Counted from the stretch's first letter, positions 8,707 to 18,261 are shown. The stretch: DNA of 64,000 bases from Polyangiaceae bacterium (GCA_965222375.1 CBDCTZ010000016.1:1408001-1472000); one strand, 5' to 3'. Program-made: numbers and translations. Notes: a model not told the origin generated them from the sequence alone.

Positions 8707-10896
8707 GTGACGCAAGCGCACCAAATCATCGCCTACATCTTCGCGGCGGTCTTCCTGCTGTACGGAGTGGTGGGCTACCTCAAGCGGCCGAAACGCGCGC
8801 CGTTGTGGCTCGGAGCGATCATTGCCGCTGCAGGCGGCGGCGCCGCCTGGAGTGATTCCTTTTGGCCTATGGTGCTGATGGGGGTGTTCACGCTCGCTTC
8901 GGGCATTGCGGCGCTGAACGTCGTCGACATGGGTTGGCGCGTGCGCGCCGGCCTCGTGACCAGCGTTGCGCTACTGGGCTTCATGGCACTTTGGCCGACC
9001 ATCTCGGCGCTTTCCGGACACAGCGCCTCAGTGCCCGAGGCCGAGCGCGACAATCTGGCCAAAGCGCGCTTTCCTTGCCCTTCCTGGCTGACCAAGCCGC
9101 GCCCGGTTGGCGAGGACAAAATGGAGGCTCGAAACGACTTCCGCCTCGTTGCAGGATTGGATCTGCGTGGCGGGTTGCGCCTGGTCTACACCGTGGACGT
9201 CGACGAGGCGATCAAGGACAAGCGCGACCGCTACTACGAAGACATGCGGACGAGCTTGGCCAAGGTCTTCGGTCTCCACAGTGGCGATGAGAAACCGTCG
9301 GAAGAGACCCTCGTCAAGCTTCGTGACATCGCCAAGGTGGAGGCCCCGAAACGTCCCGCCAATACGCTGCGCATCACCCTCACGGACAAGGCAGACCCGA
9401 ACAAGATCGACACCCGCTTTCTGGATCAATTCCGGGGTGACCTGACCTTCGCGCAAAGTGCGGACAAGAAGTCCTGGGAGTTCAGCATCAAGGAAGAAAG
9501 CGAGACTCAGATCCGCGAGCGCGCGGTCAACCAGGCTCGCGAAATCATCCTGCGTCGCGTGGACGAGTTGGGTCTCCGAGAAGCTGCCGTCTCCACTCGA
9601 GATGAAGACATCATCATCGAGATCCCGGGCAAGGATGAAAAGGACTTCGCGACGATTCGCGAGATCATCAGTCAGACTGCGCGGTTGGAGTTCAAGCTCC
9701 TCGACGACGATGACGACTTCATGGGTCGAGTCGCGAAGGATGCCAAGGAAGAGAGCCTCCCCAAGGGGCTCGAGTTCCTGCGCGAGAGCGCGCCGGTCGG
9801 CCTGGACGACAACGGCGACCAAATCAACAAGCAGGTTACCTACGCCTACTTGAAGAAGGGCCCGGAAGAGACCTCCCAGGAAGCCCTCAAGCGCATGAAG
9901 GAGTGGGCAGCAACGCTGGAAGCTCCTCCGGACCGAGAGATCGGCTTCGAGATGGCTCGGGTGACGGATCCGGATACCCAGAAAGAGACGGAAGACGGTT
10001 GGCGTACCTATCTTCTGCGCAGCCGCGCGGAAATCACCGGTGACATGGTGCGGGAGGCCGCGGCGGTGCCGGACCAGGGCCAGGGCAGTCTCGGCGGCTG
10101 GTACGTCGCGCTGACGTTTACGGACCAGGGTGGCCGTATCTTCGACCGAATCACCTCGGCCAACGTCAAGCGCCGCTTCGCGATCATCTTGGACAACCGA
10201 GTCGAGAGCACTCCCGTGATCTTGACCCGTATTGCTGGAGGCAACGCGAGCATCACCATGGGCTCCGGTGACCCGCAGGTTCAGCTGCGAGATTCCCGCA
10301 ACCTGGAATTGGTGCTGCGCTCGGGTGCTCTGCCCGCACCCATCTCGCCTTCCAATGAGCAGGCCATCGGGCCCAGCCTCGGCAGGGACTCGATTCGCCT
10401 CGGCGTTCAGGGAGCGCTGGGCGGCGCCATTCTGGTGCTGATCTTCATGTTCATCTACTACCGTCGGGGCGGGCTGATTGCGGACTTTGCGGTCGCGTTC
10501 AACCTGTTTCTACAGCTGGCGGTGCTCGCAACCTTTGGCGCGTCGATGACCTTGCCAGGCATTGCCGGCTTGGCGCTCACAATGGGTATGAGCGTCGACG
10601 CCAACGTGCTCATCAACGAGCGAATAAGAGAAGAACTCAAGTCGGGCAAGAGCCCGAGGGCCGCGGTGGAGTTGGGATACGCCAAGGCGCTATCTGCCAT
10701 CGTGGACGGACAGCTGACCACGCTGATTTCCGGCGTCGTCTTGGCTCAGTACGGCACGGGCCCGATCAAGGGCTTCGCGGTCACCCTGATTGTGGGCGTG
10801 ACCATCAGCATCTTCACGGCGCTGGTCGTGAGCCGGGTGTTGTTCGATCTTTGGGTACGCGGCTTTGGTCGCCTCAAGACCTTGAACATCGGATAA
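8707..10896 (+). CDS. secD: Protein translocase subunit SecD with extra N-terminal TM helices
   Basis: GLDLRGG, RRVDELG, LRSGALPAP, IGPSLG, TLPGIAG, DANVLINERIREE motifs. Confidence 0.97.
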   Translation: MTQAHQIIAYIFAAVFLLYGVVGYLKRPKRAPLWLGAIIAAAGGGAAWSDSFWPMVLMGVFTLASGIAALNVVDMGWRVRAGLVTSVALLGFMALWPTISALSGHSASVPEAERDNLAKARFPCPSWLTKPRPVGEDKMEARNDFRLVAGLDLRGGLRLVYTVDVDEAIKDKRDRYYEDMRTSLAKVFGLHSGDEKPSEETLVKLRDIAKVEAPKRPANTLRITLTDKADPNKIDTRFLDQFRGDLTFAQSADKKSWEFSIKEESETQIRERAVNQAREIILRRVDELGLREAAVSTRDEDIIIEIPGKDEKDFATIREIISQTARLEFKLLDDDDDFMGRVAKDAKEESLPKGLEFLRESAPVGLDDNGDQINKQVTYAYLKKGPEETSQEALKRMKEWAATLEAPPDREIGFEMARVTDPDTQKETEDGWRTYLLRSRAEITGDMVREAAAVPDQGQGSLGGWYVALTFTDQGGRIFDRITSANVKRRFAIILDNRVESTPVILTRIAGGNASITMGSGDPQVQLRDSRNLELVLRSGALPAPISPSNEQAIGPSLGRDSIRLGVQGALGGAILVLIFMFIYYRRGGLIADFAVAFNLFLQLAVLATFGASMTLPGIAGLALTMGMSVDANVLINERIREELKSGKSPRAAVELGYAKALSAIVDGQLTTLISGVVLAQYGTGPIKGFAVTLIVGVTISIFTALVVSRVLFDLWVRGFGRLKTLNIG

Positions 10897-10912
10897 GGCC
10901 GGAGACACGACC

Positions 10913-12145
10913 ATGGAATTCTTCAAGTCCGGCAAGACCCTCGACTTCATGAAGTTTCGCCGCCCTGCCGCGGCGGCCAGCCTGATCCTGATTGTTCTGA
11001 GCATCGTTGGCATTTTCAAACCAGGCCCCAATCTGGGCACTGACTTCAAGGGTGGTACCGAGGTCGAGGTCGCCTTCGAAGCGGGTGTGGCCGCTGGGGA
11101 CATCCGCACGGCGGTCCGCAATGCCGGGTTCTCGAACCCGGACGTCGTCAAGGTCGATGACGAAAACAACCCCAACCGCTACCTGATCCGTGTTCAAGAG
11201 GTGAGCACCATCGGCGAAACCAAGCAGGGCGAGATCGAGCGTCGGCTTTGCTACGGCGAGGGCTTAGCCGAGGCCGAGTGCCCTGAAGCGAAGCAGTCAA
11301 CGGAGGTCAAGTTCAGCCCTGGCGGCGACAAGATAACGGTGCGCTTTCGTGAAGCGCCGGACTTGGGCTGGGTTCGCGAGCGCATGTCCACGGTGGATGG
11401 AATCGCCCTTCGCACCGGCGACAACAACCCGATGTTGCAGAACGCTCGGGACAACAAAGTCGAAATCCAACTGATGAGCAAAGGCGATCAGTTGATGGCC
11501 GGGCTGCGCACCGCTCTGGGTGAAGACAAGGTCCCGGAAAACGCGCTGCGGGTGGAGTGGATTGGTCCCAAGGCTGGCTCTCAGCTGCGCGACGCCGCCC
11601 TCAAGAGCATCCTGATCTCCCTCGTCTTCATCATGGCCTACATCGCGTTCCGCTTCGATCTGCGGTTCGCTCCTGGCGCCGTCATGGCGCTGATGCACGA
11701 CGCCATGCTCACCATCGGCATATTGATAGCCCTCGGCAAAGAGCTGAACCTGACCACCGTTGCGGCGATCCTGACCATCATTGGTTATTCCGTGAACGAT
11801 ACGGTGGTGGTCTACGATCGCGTGCGCGAAAATTTGGGCAAGCTCAGGGGATCCACGTTCTCCAATCTCATCAACGTCAGCCTGAGCGAGATGCTGAGTC
11901 GCACGTTGATCACCAGTGGTACGACTATCTTCAGTCTGCTGGCCTTCTTCATTCGCGGAACAGGCACCCTGAAGGACTTTGCTTTCACTCTGATCATCGG
12001 GTTGATCTTGGGTACCTACTCGTCGATCTATATCGCGCTGCCGCTGACGGAGTGGCTTGATCGCATGTTCTTCGGCAGCAAGACCAGCCCCACCAAGAAG
12101 AAGCGCTCTGGGCGCAGCGGCAAGCGCGCCGAAGCCGCGACCTGA
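10913..12145 (+). CDS. secF: Protein translocase subunit SecF
   Basis: GTDFKGG, HDAML, GYSVNDTVVVYDRVREN, GTYSSIYIA motifs. Confidence 0.97.
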   Translation: MEFFKSGKTLDFMKFRRPAAAASLILIVLSIVGIFKPGPNLGTDFKGGTEVEVAFEAGVAAGDIRTAVRNAGFSNPDVVKVDDENNPNRYLIRVQEVSTIGETKQGEIERRLCYGEGLAEAECPEAKQSTEVKFSPGGDKITVRFREAPDLGWVRERMSTVDGIALRTGDNNPMLQNARDNKVEIQLMSKGDQLMAGLRTALGEDKVPENALRVEWIGPKAGSQLRDAALKSILISLVFIMAYIAFRFDLRFAPGAVMALMHDAMLTIGILIALGKELNLTTVAAILTIIGYSVNDTVVVYDRVRENLGKLRGSTFSNLINVSLSEMLSRTLITSGTTIFSLLAFFIRGTGTLKDFAFTLIIGLILGTYSSIYIALPLTEWLDRMFFGSKTSPTKKKRSGRSGKRAEAAT

Positions 12146-12381
12146 TTGCCCGCGGCTCCCTTGCGCCGCACCGTTTTGGGACGGGTGTGTGCTGGATGTG
12201 GCTTTGGCGCTGCTCGTCGATGCCGCGCAGGGTTGCGTTTTGTTCCACCACGCCGAGCAACTGCTCGTGCTGAGTGGCGCGGCTGTCGTCCCGCCACAGG
12301 CCGTTGCTCTCTTTGGGTGGTCGCGGTGCGCGCGCCCGGAAACGCTGGAAACGGGCGGCGCGGTCCACTATCTTGCCGCCC

Positions 12382-12822
12382 ATGCTCGACACCGGATCGA
12401 TTGCCCCCGACTTTTCCGTGTTGGCCCATGACGGTTCTACCGTGAAACTCAGCAGCCAACGCGGCAAGCACGTCGTACTGTGGTTCTACCCCAAGGCCGA
12501 TACCCCTGGGTGAACGATCCAGGGTTGCGGGTTCCGCGATCGAATTGCCGAGTTTGAAGAAAAGGGCGCCGTGATCTGGGGCGTGTCCTTCGATACCGTG
12601 GCCGAGAACCGCGCCTTCGCGGACAAGTTCAGCTTTCCCTACCTGCTGCTCTGCGACGAGAGTCGCGAGATTGGCATCGCCTATGGCGCCGCTGACAATG
12701 CCGAGGCGGGCTTCGCCAAGCGTATCAGCTACGTGATCGACCCCGAGGGCAAGATCGGCCACGTCTTCGCCGAAGTGGACGTCAAGGCACACGCCGGCGA
12801 CGTGCTCGCGGCTATCGGCTGA
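12382..12822 (+). CDS. bcp: Peroxiredoxin BCP/PrxQ, probable selenoprotein (TGA 12511-12513 = Sec)
   Basis: ORFs 12274-12513 and 12571-12822 share a frame; read-through gives FYPKADTPG-U-TIQGCGFRD...GVSFD...RISYVIDPEGKI, the PxxxTxxC(U)xxxxC active site. Confidence 0.9.
12514..12545 (+). promoter_or_regulatory. Bacterial SECIS-like hairpin
   Basis: GTTGCG-GGTTC-CGCGAT stem-loop starting ~10 nt after the UGA with a G-led apical loop; resembles E. coli fdhF GGTTGCAGGTCTGCACC. Confidence 0.7.
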
Positions 12823-12893
12823 CCAGCTCGTCAGCGTTTTGTCGGATCTGGTTGTTTGGGGGTCGCTTCCCTGTACGGCTCTGGGCCACTACT

Positions 12894-13002
12894 CCCGCGC
12901 AAGGCCGCATTCAGCGCTACGCTCGCAGCCGCCATTTTCTGGCTGACGGTGAAACCCATCCTCGCCCCGCGCAAGGCCGCATTCAGCGCTAGGCTTGCAG
13001 CC
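12894..13002 (+). repeat. 37-bp direct repeat, two copies at a 72-bp period
   Basis: CCCGCGCAAGGCCGCATTCAGCGCTA(C/G)GCT(C/T)GCAGCC at 12894-12930 and 12966-13002. Confidence 0.9.
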
Positions 13003-13527
13003 ATGCGCGTGTGGCTCGTGACGCTGTGTCTGCTCGCTTCCTGCAATCGCAATGGCGAGGCCGCCGATCCCGAGCCGGCTGTTACCGTGACGACTCCGCT
13101 GCCCAGCGCACGGCCGCCGCCGGCGGGTGCAGCTGGTGCAGGGGGCGTAGCGAGTTCACCGCCGGCCGCGTCGCCTGGGGTGGGACCTCGCGGGCCAAGT
13201 CCTGGCGCCTACGCCAGTGGGCCGTGTCCGGGTCGAACCTATGAGCGCATCGTGAACCTCGGGCAGGACGGTGCCGTCGAGATCGCGGATCGTGTGGCAC
13301 CTTGCCCACCGAACGCCAAATGCGTTTGGTCTGGCATCGTGGTTCGGAGCGGAACTTACCGGGTCGAGGGGCCCAGCGCCCTTGGCAAGCCCTTCCGTGT
13401 GGTCTTGGACGTTCAACCTGCGAGCAACCCGAAAGCGAACGCGCTGCCATCACATCTATTGTGGTGGGAGTCCCGAGGCGTGCTGACGGAGCCGGACGAG
13501 AGTTGTAGCTACACTCGGCGCCCTTGA
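13003..13527 (+). CDS. Hypothetical lipoprotein
   Basis: MRVWLVTLCLLASC lipobox, Pro/Ala linker, small Cys-containing domain (PCPPNAKCVWSGI). Confidence 0.75.
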   Translation: MRVWLVTLCLLASCNRNGEAADPEPAVTVTTPLPSARPPPAGAAGAGGVASSPPAASPGVGPRGPSPGAYASGPCPGRTYERIVNLGQDGAVEIADRVAPCPPNAKCVWSGIVVRSGTYRVEGPSALGKPFRVVLDVQPASNPKANALPSHLLWWESRGVLTEPDESCSYTRRP

Positions 13528-13726
13528 ACGGCGTCCGGTGTTCAACTGGCCGCCCAACCCCCACCGGCATGCGGGTGGCTTCCAGCCACTCACATGAGCC
13601 ATCGAGGGTGTTGAACCAAATTGACATTGCACGAGAATCCAAAACTGACGTCGTAGAGATTCCGGCGAAAGTCCACGCTGTCGTCGCAATTCGCGACCAA
13701 AAGCGTCGCAGCCTTGGGCGAGTGAC

Positions 13727-13776
13727 CCGGCCGATGCCGTCGTAGAGCCGGGCGGCATTACGACGGCGTTGGCCGG
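13727..13776. terminator. Long GC-rich hairpin just downstream of the ATPase gene
   Basis: CCGGCCGATGCCGTCGTA...TACGACGGCGTTGGCCGG 18-bp arms; no U-tract. Confidence 0.45.
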
Positions 13777-13787
13777 ATCGTGACCCG

Positions 13788-14580
13788 TTATTGCGGCAGG
13801 TCGAGCTCCTTGCGCCAGTGGGGTTGCATGAGGACGCGGTTGATCTGCTTGAGGTCGACGGTCTTGGTGCGGTCGCGGACGGCCTCCAGCAGCGCGCTCA
13901 GGCACAGATTGCGTGCGCGGCGCAGGACGCCCTCGGACGAGCGGACGATGAGGCTGAGCGCGTCGTCGGTGAAGGTTGAGTGGGCCAGGGCGACCTTGTC
14001 GAGCTCGGCGCGGATGAAATCGGCGACGCTGTCGGGGGCGAGTTTCTGCATCAGGACGGAATACGTGACTCGATTCTTGATGTCTTCGTTGACGGTCAGC
14101 GCCATGCGACTGAGAAGCTCTGGCTGTGCGACTAGGACCAGGCAGTGGTTTTTCGGGAAGTCCTCGAAGAGCAGACGCAGCCGGCGCAGGGCGCAGATCT
14201 CCATCAGATGCGCGTCGTCGATGATGGGGGCGAGCATCTTGCCAACCGTGTTGAGTCGGCGGGCCTCTTCGATCAGCCGCTTTTTGCAGCGAAAATCGGC
14301 CCCATCGGGCTCGATCTGAAACGCCTCGCACAGGATGCGCAGCGTGGAGTGGTAGGTGTGCAGCGTTCGGTTGACGACCGGTGTGACCAGCCGCTTGGGA
14401 TCGTGCTGGCATAGGGCGTGTTTGACGACGCTCTCGCCCGTGCCGGGCTCGCCGACGATGACGCACCGGCCTCCCTGCTGGCAATGGACGCGCAGGGTGT
14501 CGAGTGCCTCCTGTTGGTGAGGTAACAGCTCCAGCCTCTGCGCTGAAAACGGGTCCTTGGCGAGACCGAACTCGTTTCAT
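13788..14580 (-). pseudogene. ExeA-like AAA ATPase remnant
   Basis: The frame stays open upstream of the listed ORF (FGLAKDPF...VIVGEPGTGES...IIDDAHL...LVLVAQPEL). Walker A Lys is replaced by Glu and the ATG at 14580 is out of frame. Confidence 0.7.
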
Positions 14581-14738
14581 CTTGGGTCCCGGGCGCTCGC
14601 TGCGCCCGCCTTGGACCTGTAGAGCGAGGCGGGCTCGGACCTGGATTGTCGTTTGGTGTTGTTGGCCGCTCGTGAGTCGATGCCACCCGCTGTCCTACGA
14701 GCTGAGCTAGGCCACGGAGCGTGGCGACGAAGGTTCAG

Positions 14739-15232
14739 TTACCGGTCGAACACCCCGCGCTGCAGGCCGATTCGGAAGGCTGACAGTGGCTCCGGAGCGG
14801 CGTCGCCAACCACAACGCGCAGATGTGCCCGTAGCTGTGCCAGCGGCTCACGGGCTGTGCTTGGGGGTGGCGGCGCCTCACGGCTCAGCCGGGCGCGCAG
14901 CGCGCTCTGCGCCCCGCACAGGCGTCGCCACAGCTGGTAGCCGCTCGAAAGCGACAGCGCACCACCCGCCGCGCTGAGCCACGCTGCCCGCCGCGTGAGC
15001 CCAGACAGGACGGCCTGCAAGAAGCACCACAACGTGAGCGTACGCACGACGAAGCCAGACAGCACCGTCGAAGCTTCACCGACAACGTCCGGCCACAACC
15101 GGGCTGCCTACCGCGATCCGAGCAGAAAAAGCGACGACCGCGCACCACTACCTCGGAGCCCCGCTCGGCGTACCCTCGCAGAAAACCGTGGCCGATCAGT
15201 GCTCCGGTGCGGCGGCAGTGCGGACACGCCAT
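14739..15232 (-). pseudogene. Zn-ribbon protein (CPHC...FFCS...GCGRT), frameshifted near 15072
   Basis: ORFs 14885-15310 and 14739-15098 join into one protein with a 1-nt shift. Confidence 0.6.
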
Positions 15233-15472
15233 GAGCTTGATTCCCTCGAGCACCCCGTCGAGCGCGACTTCCGTTTTCGCGAAGCACGGTGGACTGAGCT
15301 GCGACGGCAAGGGCCGGCTGCCTTATCGACGCGCTCACCCGCTGTCAAAGCTCGCCTCACCTCAGAGCCAGATTGTCGCTGGGTTCCCTACGCCAAAGTC
15401 GGACCTAAGATTGGTACTGCTCTGCTGAGAACTACGACTGGAGAGCGGGTTTCAACACCAGCGGCAGCTGGG

Positions 15473-16165
15473 CTAGGCTCGAGCCACGGGCTGACCGCAC
15501 TCGCGGTTGGCCGGGACCGCCTCCGCGATGTGTTTGGGCGGCGGCAAGCCCAGCTCGTCCATGATCTTGATGAACTCGGCCTTGGTCTTGCCGGCGATTC
15601 GAGGATTGTGTTGTTTCTCTTCGCCAATGCTGGAGCGGGTGTGCCCCTTGTAGTCGTGGCCGGGCCAAACTGTCGTGTCGTCCGCCAGTTCGAAAAGCAC
15701 TCTGGTCAGGGAGTCCCACAGCACCTCGGCGCTGCCGTTCTGAAAGTCCGTTCGCCCAGTACCACGTACCAGTAGCGCATCTCCGGTGAAGACATTGCCG
15801 TCCACGAGAAAACTCAGACTATCGTCGGTGTGTCCAGGTGTCTCGAGAACCCAGATTTCCAGGTCGCCGAGGGCAACACGGTCCCCGTGCTTCACCTGTA
15901 GGTCGGCACACTTGGCTCCGCTTGTGGAGCCGATGCTGTGGGCGCCGGTGCGGTCCCGCAATGCGCCGCTCGCAGTGACGTGGTCTGCATGCACGTGAGT
16001 ATCGAGCACGTATTCGAGGCTCAGGCCGAGCTGTTCGATCACAGCCAGGTCTCGGTCGATCTGTTCCCTTACGGGATCGATCAACGCCGCCTTCTTCGTC
16101 GTCTCGTCGGCAACCAGGTAGGTGTAGGTCGAAGTCTCTCGATCAAAGAGTTGTCGCAGTAGCAT
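15473..16165 (-). CDS. MBL-fold persulfide dioxygenase (ETHE1/PDO-like)
   Basis: RQLFDRETSTYTYL, IDPV, THVHADHVT, TPGHT, FTGDAL, GRTDFQ, PGHDY, ANRECG; start at MLLRQ. Confidence 0.9.
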   Translation of the reverse strand: MLLRQLFDRETSTYTYLVADETTKKAALIDPVREQIDRDLAVIEQLGLSLEYVLDTHVHADHVTASGALRDRTGAHSIGSTSGAKCADLQVKHGDRVALGDLEIWVLETPGHTDDSLSFLVDGNVFTGDALLVRGTGRTDFQNGSAEVLWDSLTRVLFELADDTTVWPGHDYKGHTRSSIGEEKQHNPRIAGKTKAEFIKIMDELGLPPPKHIAEAVPANRECGQPVARA

Positions 16166-16194
16166 TCGGTGTTTCCTCCGTGCCTGGTCTCCTG

Positions 16195-16210
16195 TGCAGG
16201 CTGCATGCCA
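16195..16210 (-). promoter_or_regulatory. Sigma54 -24/-12 motif for the PDO gene
   Basis: TGGCATGCAGCCTGCA with correct GG-N10-GC spacing, 30 nt upstream of the ATG. Confidence 0.6.
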
Positions 16211-16364
16211 TCCAAAAATCCCGGGAAAACGCCATGCTGGCGAAACGGGCTGAAACACTCTCTGAAACGTTAGCTGAAACGCCATGAAACGCTGGTGCCC
16301 CCGGCAAGTGGCGGAAATGCGACGTTTCTGGCGCTTATCGTGGGGCGTTGCCCACTTCGGCAGC

Positions 16365-16380
16365 TGGCACGGTGGCTGCA
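16365..16380 (+). promoter_or_regulatory. Sigma54 -24/-12 motif for tauE
   Basis: TGGCACGGTGGCTGCA, 14 nt upstream of ATG 16395. Confidence 0.65.
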
Positions 16381-16394
16381 CTGTTCAGCGTTCG

Positions 16395-17240
16395 ATGTTG
16401 CCCCTCCTCATCGCTTTGTCTGTGCTGATTGGAGTCAGCCTCGGTCTTCTCGGCGGTGGCGGCTCGATTCTGACGGTGCCGATCTTGGTCTACGTGGCCG
16501 GGGTAGAGGCCAAAGCCGCCATCGCCACCAGCCTCTTGGTCGTCGCGGTCACGAGCGCGGCGGGCGTTTTTTCTCACGCGCGTGCGGGTCGGGTGCGATT
16601 TCGCACGGGAGCACTATTTGGCGTAGCGGGCATGGTCGGCGCATACGCTGGCGGGCGCATGGCTGCCTTCGTTCCGGGAGTGTGGTTGCTCGTCGCCTTC
16701 GGGTTGATGATGCTTGCGACCGGCTTCGCGTTGCTGCGCTCCCGCGTGCCAGAACCAACCGTCGTCAAGGAGCTCCCCGTTCTCCGAGTCCTCCTCGATG
16801 GCGTGGTGGTCGGCTTGGTGACGGGCTTGGTGGGCGCCGGTGGCGGGTTCTTGGTAGTGCCAGCGCTGGTACTGCTGGGTGGTATGCCCATGAACGTCGC
16901 GGTGGGAACCTCGCTTTTCGTGATTGCGCTCAAGTCCTCCGCGGGCTTTGCGGGCTACCTCCACAGCGTCGATATCGATTGGACTCTGGCCCTCGCTGTG
17001 ACGGTCGCGGCGACTGCAGGCAGCTTTGTCGGCAGCCGCTTCGTTGGGAAGATTTCCGAGACGGCCCTTCGCAAAGGCTTCGCTGGCTTCGTGCTGTTGA
17101 TGGCCGTCGTGCTCCTGGTCAAAGAGCTGCCCGCGGAACTGGGGCTGCAACTGGGTGCCTTGAGCGCAGTCGGTCTCGGCGCCGCTGTGCTGGCCCTGTT
17201 GGCCGTGGCCGCGAAGCGTATGCTGCGGCGCGCGAGTTAG
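16395..17240 (+). CDS. Sulfite exporter TauE/SafE family
   Basis: GLLGGGGSILTVP and GLVGAGGGFLVVP repeated motifs; multiple TM helices. Confidence 0.92.
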   Translation: MLPLLIALSVLIGVSLGLLGGGGSILTVPILVYVAGVEAKAAIATSLLVVAVTSAAGVFSHARAGRVRFRTGALFGVAGMVGAYAGGRMAAFVPGVWLLVAFGLMMLATGFALLRSRVPEPTVVKELPVLRVLLDGVVVGLVTGLVGAGGGFLVVPALVLLGGMPMNVAVGTSLFVIALKSSAGFAGYLHSVDIDWTLALAVTVAATAGSFVGSRFVGKISETALRKGFAGFVLLMAVVLLVKELPAELGLQLGALSAVGLGAAVLALLAVAAKRMLRRAS

Positions 17241-17484
17241 CCCAGCGAGAGACCCGAGGTACTTCGCGAGTCCAGCTGCCAATCGTGGCCCAGGGCGAGA
17301 GGCACCGCCCTGCGCGCCCCAGCGATGCACCCCTTCGGGTATTGCCCCTTCGGGCATCACGAAGCGCGTCACAAGCGCGTCACAAGCGCGTCGACCCAAA
17401 AAACCAAGCTTTCCGGTGGAGAAGGCGTCGATCCCATCTGTGGGCGGGTGGCAATCGATGCCGCCGTGATTAACTTGATCGGGA

Positions 17485-18261
17485 TTGATGGACCAAGGCT
17501 ACCTGACCCTTTTCCGCTGGCGTGGTGTTCCTCTGAGGCTGCACTGGACGCTGCCCTTGGGCATGCTGGTGTTCGGCGGGCTCCGGATCGCCCCAGCCTT
17601 CTGGCTCGGCTTCTTTCTGCTGGTGCTCTTCCATGAGGTCGGCCATGCCTTGATCGTCAAGATCTATGGCCACCGAGTGCTGTCGGTGGATGTCACGGGC
17701 TTCGGCGGGCTCTGCCGCTGGTCCGGTTCGGCCACGGTCATGGAGCGTGGCTTGATCGCCTGGGGCGGCGTTGTCGCTCAAGCGCTGCTTCTCGCTGTCA
17801 CCTTTGGCGTCATCCTTGTGATGGGCGCACCGCGAGCACTATGGGCGCGCGAACTGATCAGCGTGTTCACCTGGACCAACATTTGGATCATCGGCCTGAA
17901 CCTGTTGCCGATCCCGCCCCTCGATGGCGCTGAAGCTTGGGGCTTCGTCCGCAACTTGATCCGAGGCGGCGGTTTTCCGCGGCCCGCGCGGCGCATCAAA
18001 GTCAGATATCGCGAAGATGCTCCGGAGGCTCCGCACGTCGACGCCGTTGCTTGGCGCCCTGGGGAGCGCGACCCGAGGTTTCGTCGCCCGATGCAGCAGG
18101 TCTGGACCGGCTCGCGAGACAGTGAACGTCCGCCACCGGCCGCGCCCAAGGGGCCGGCTCCGAAGAGGAAGAGCAACGGAGCCACTGGCGGCACTTCGAA
18201 CGAGGACTTGGCTCGCATGCTCAAAGACATCGGTGACGAAGCCGGTCGCGCGCGGCGCTGA
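17485..18261 (+). CDS. Site-2 protease (M50) family membrane metalloprotease
   Basis: HEVGH and NLLPIPPLDG motifs within TM segments. Confidence 0.85.
   Translation: MMDQGYLTLFRWRGVPLRLHWTLPLGMLVFGGLRIAPAFWLGFFLLVLFHEVGHALIVKIYGHRVLSVDVTGFGGLCRWSGSATVMERGLIAWGGVVAQALLLAVTFGVILVMGAPRALWARELISVFTWTNIWIIGLNLLPIPPLDGAEAWGFVRNLIRGGGFPRPARRIKVRYREDAPEAPHVDAVAWRPGERDPRFRRPMQQVWTGSRDSERPPPAAPKGPAPKRKSNGATGGTSNEDLARMLKDIGDEAGRARR

Larger units (their letters stand above)
13679..15309 (-). mobile_element. Decayed transposon-like element (Zn-ribbon gene, missing DDE transposase, ExeA/IstB-like ATPase)
   Basis: Imperfect terminal inverted repeats TGTCGTCGCAATTC / TGCCGTCGCAGCTC; both internal genes damaged; no target-site duplication found. 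Confidence 0.55.

Noticed and set aside
14576..14582. In-frame TGA upstream of the ATPase frame as a second Sec codon
   Set aside because: No redox motif or SECIS-like hairpin seen; it lies at a probable deletion junction.
16241..17392. CRISPR array from the short repeats
   Set aside because: Repeats are 6-11 bp with no unique spacers, and there are no cas genes.
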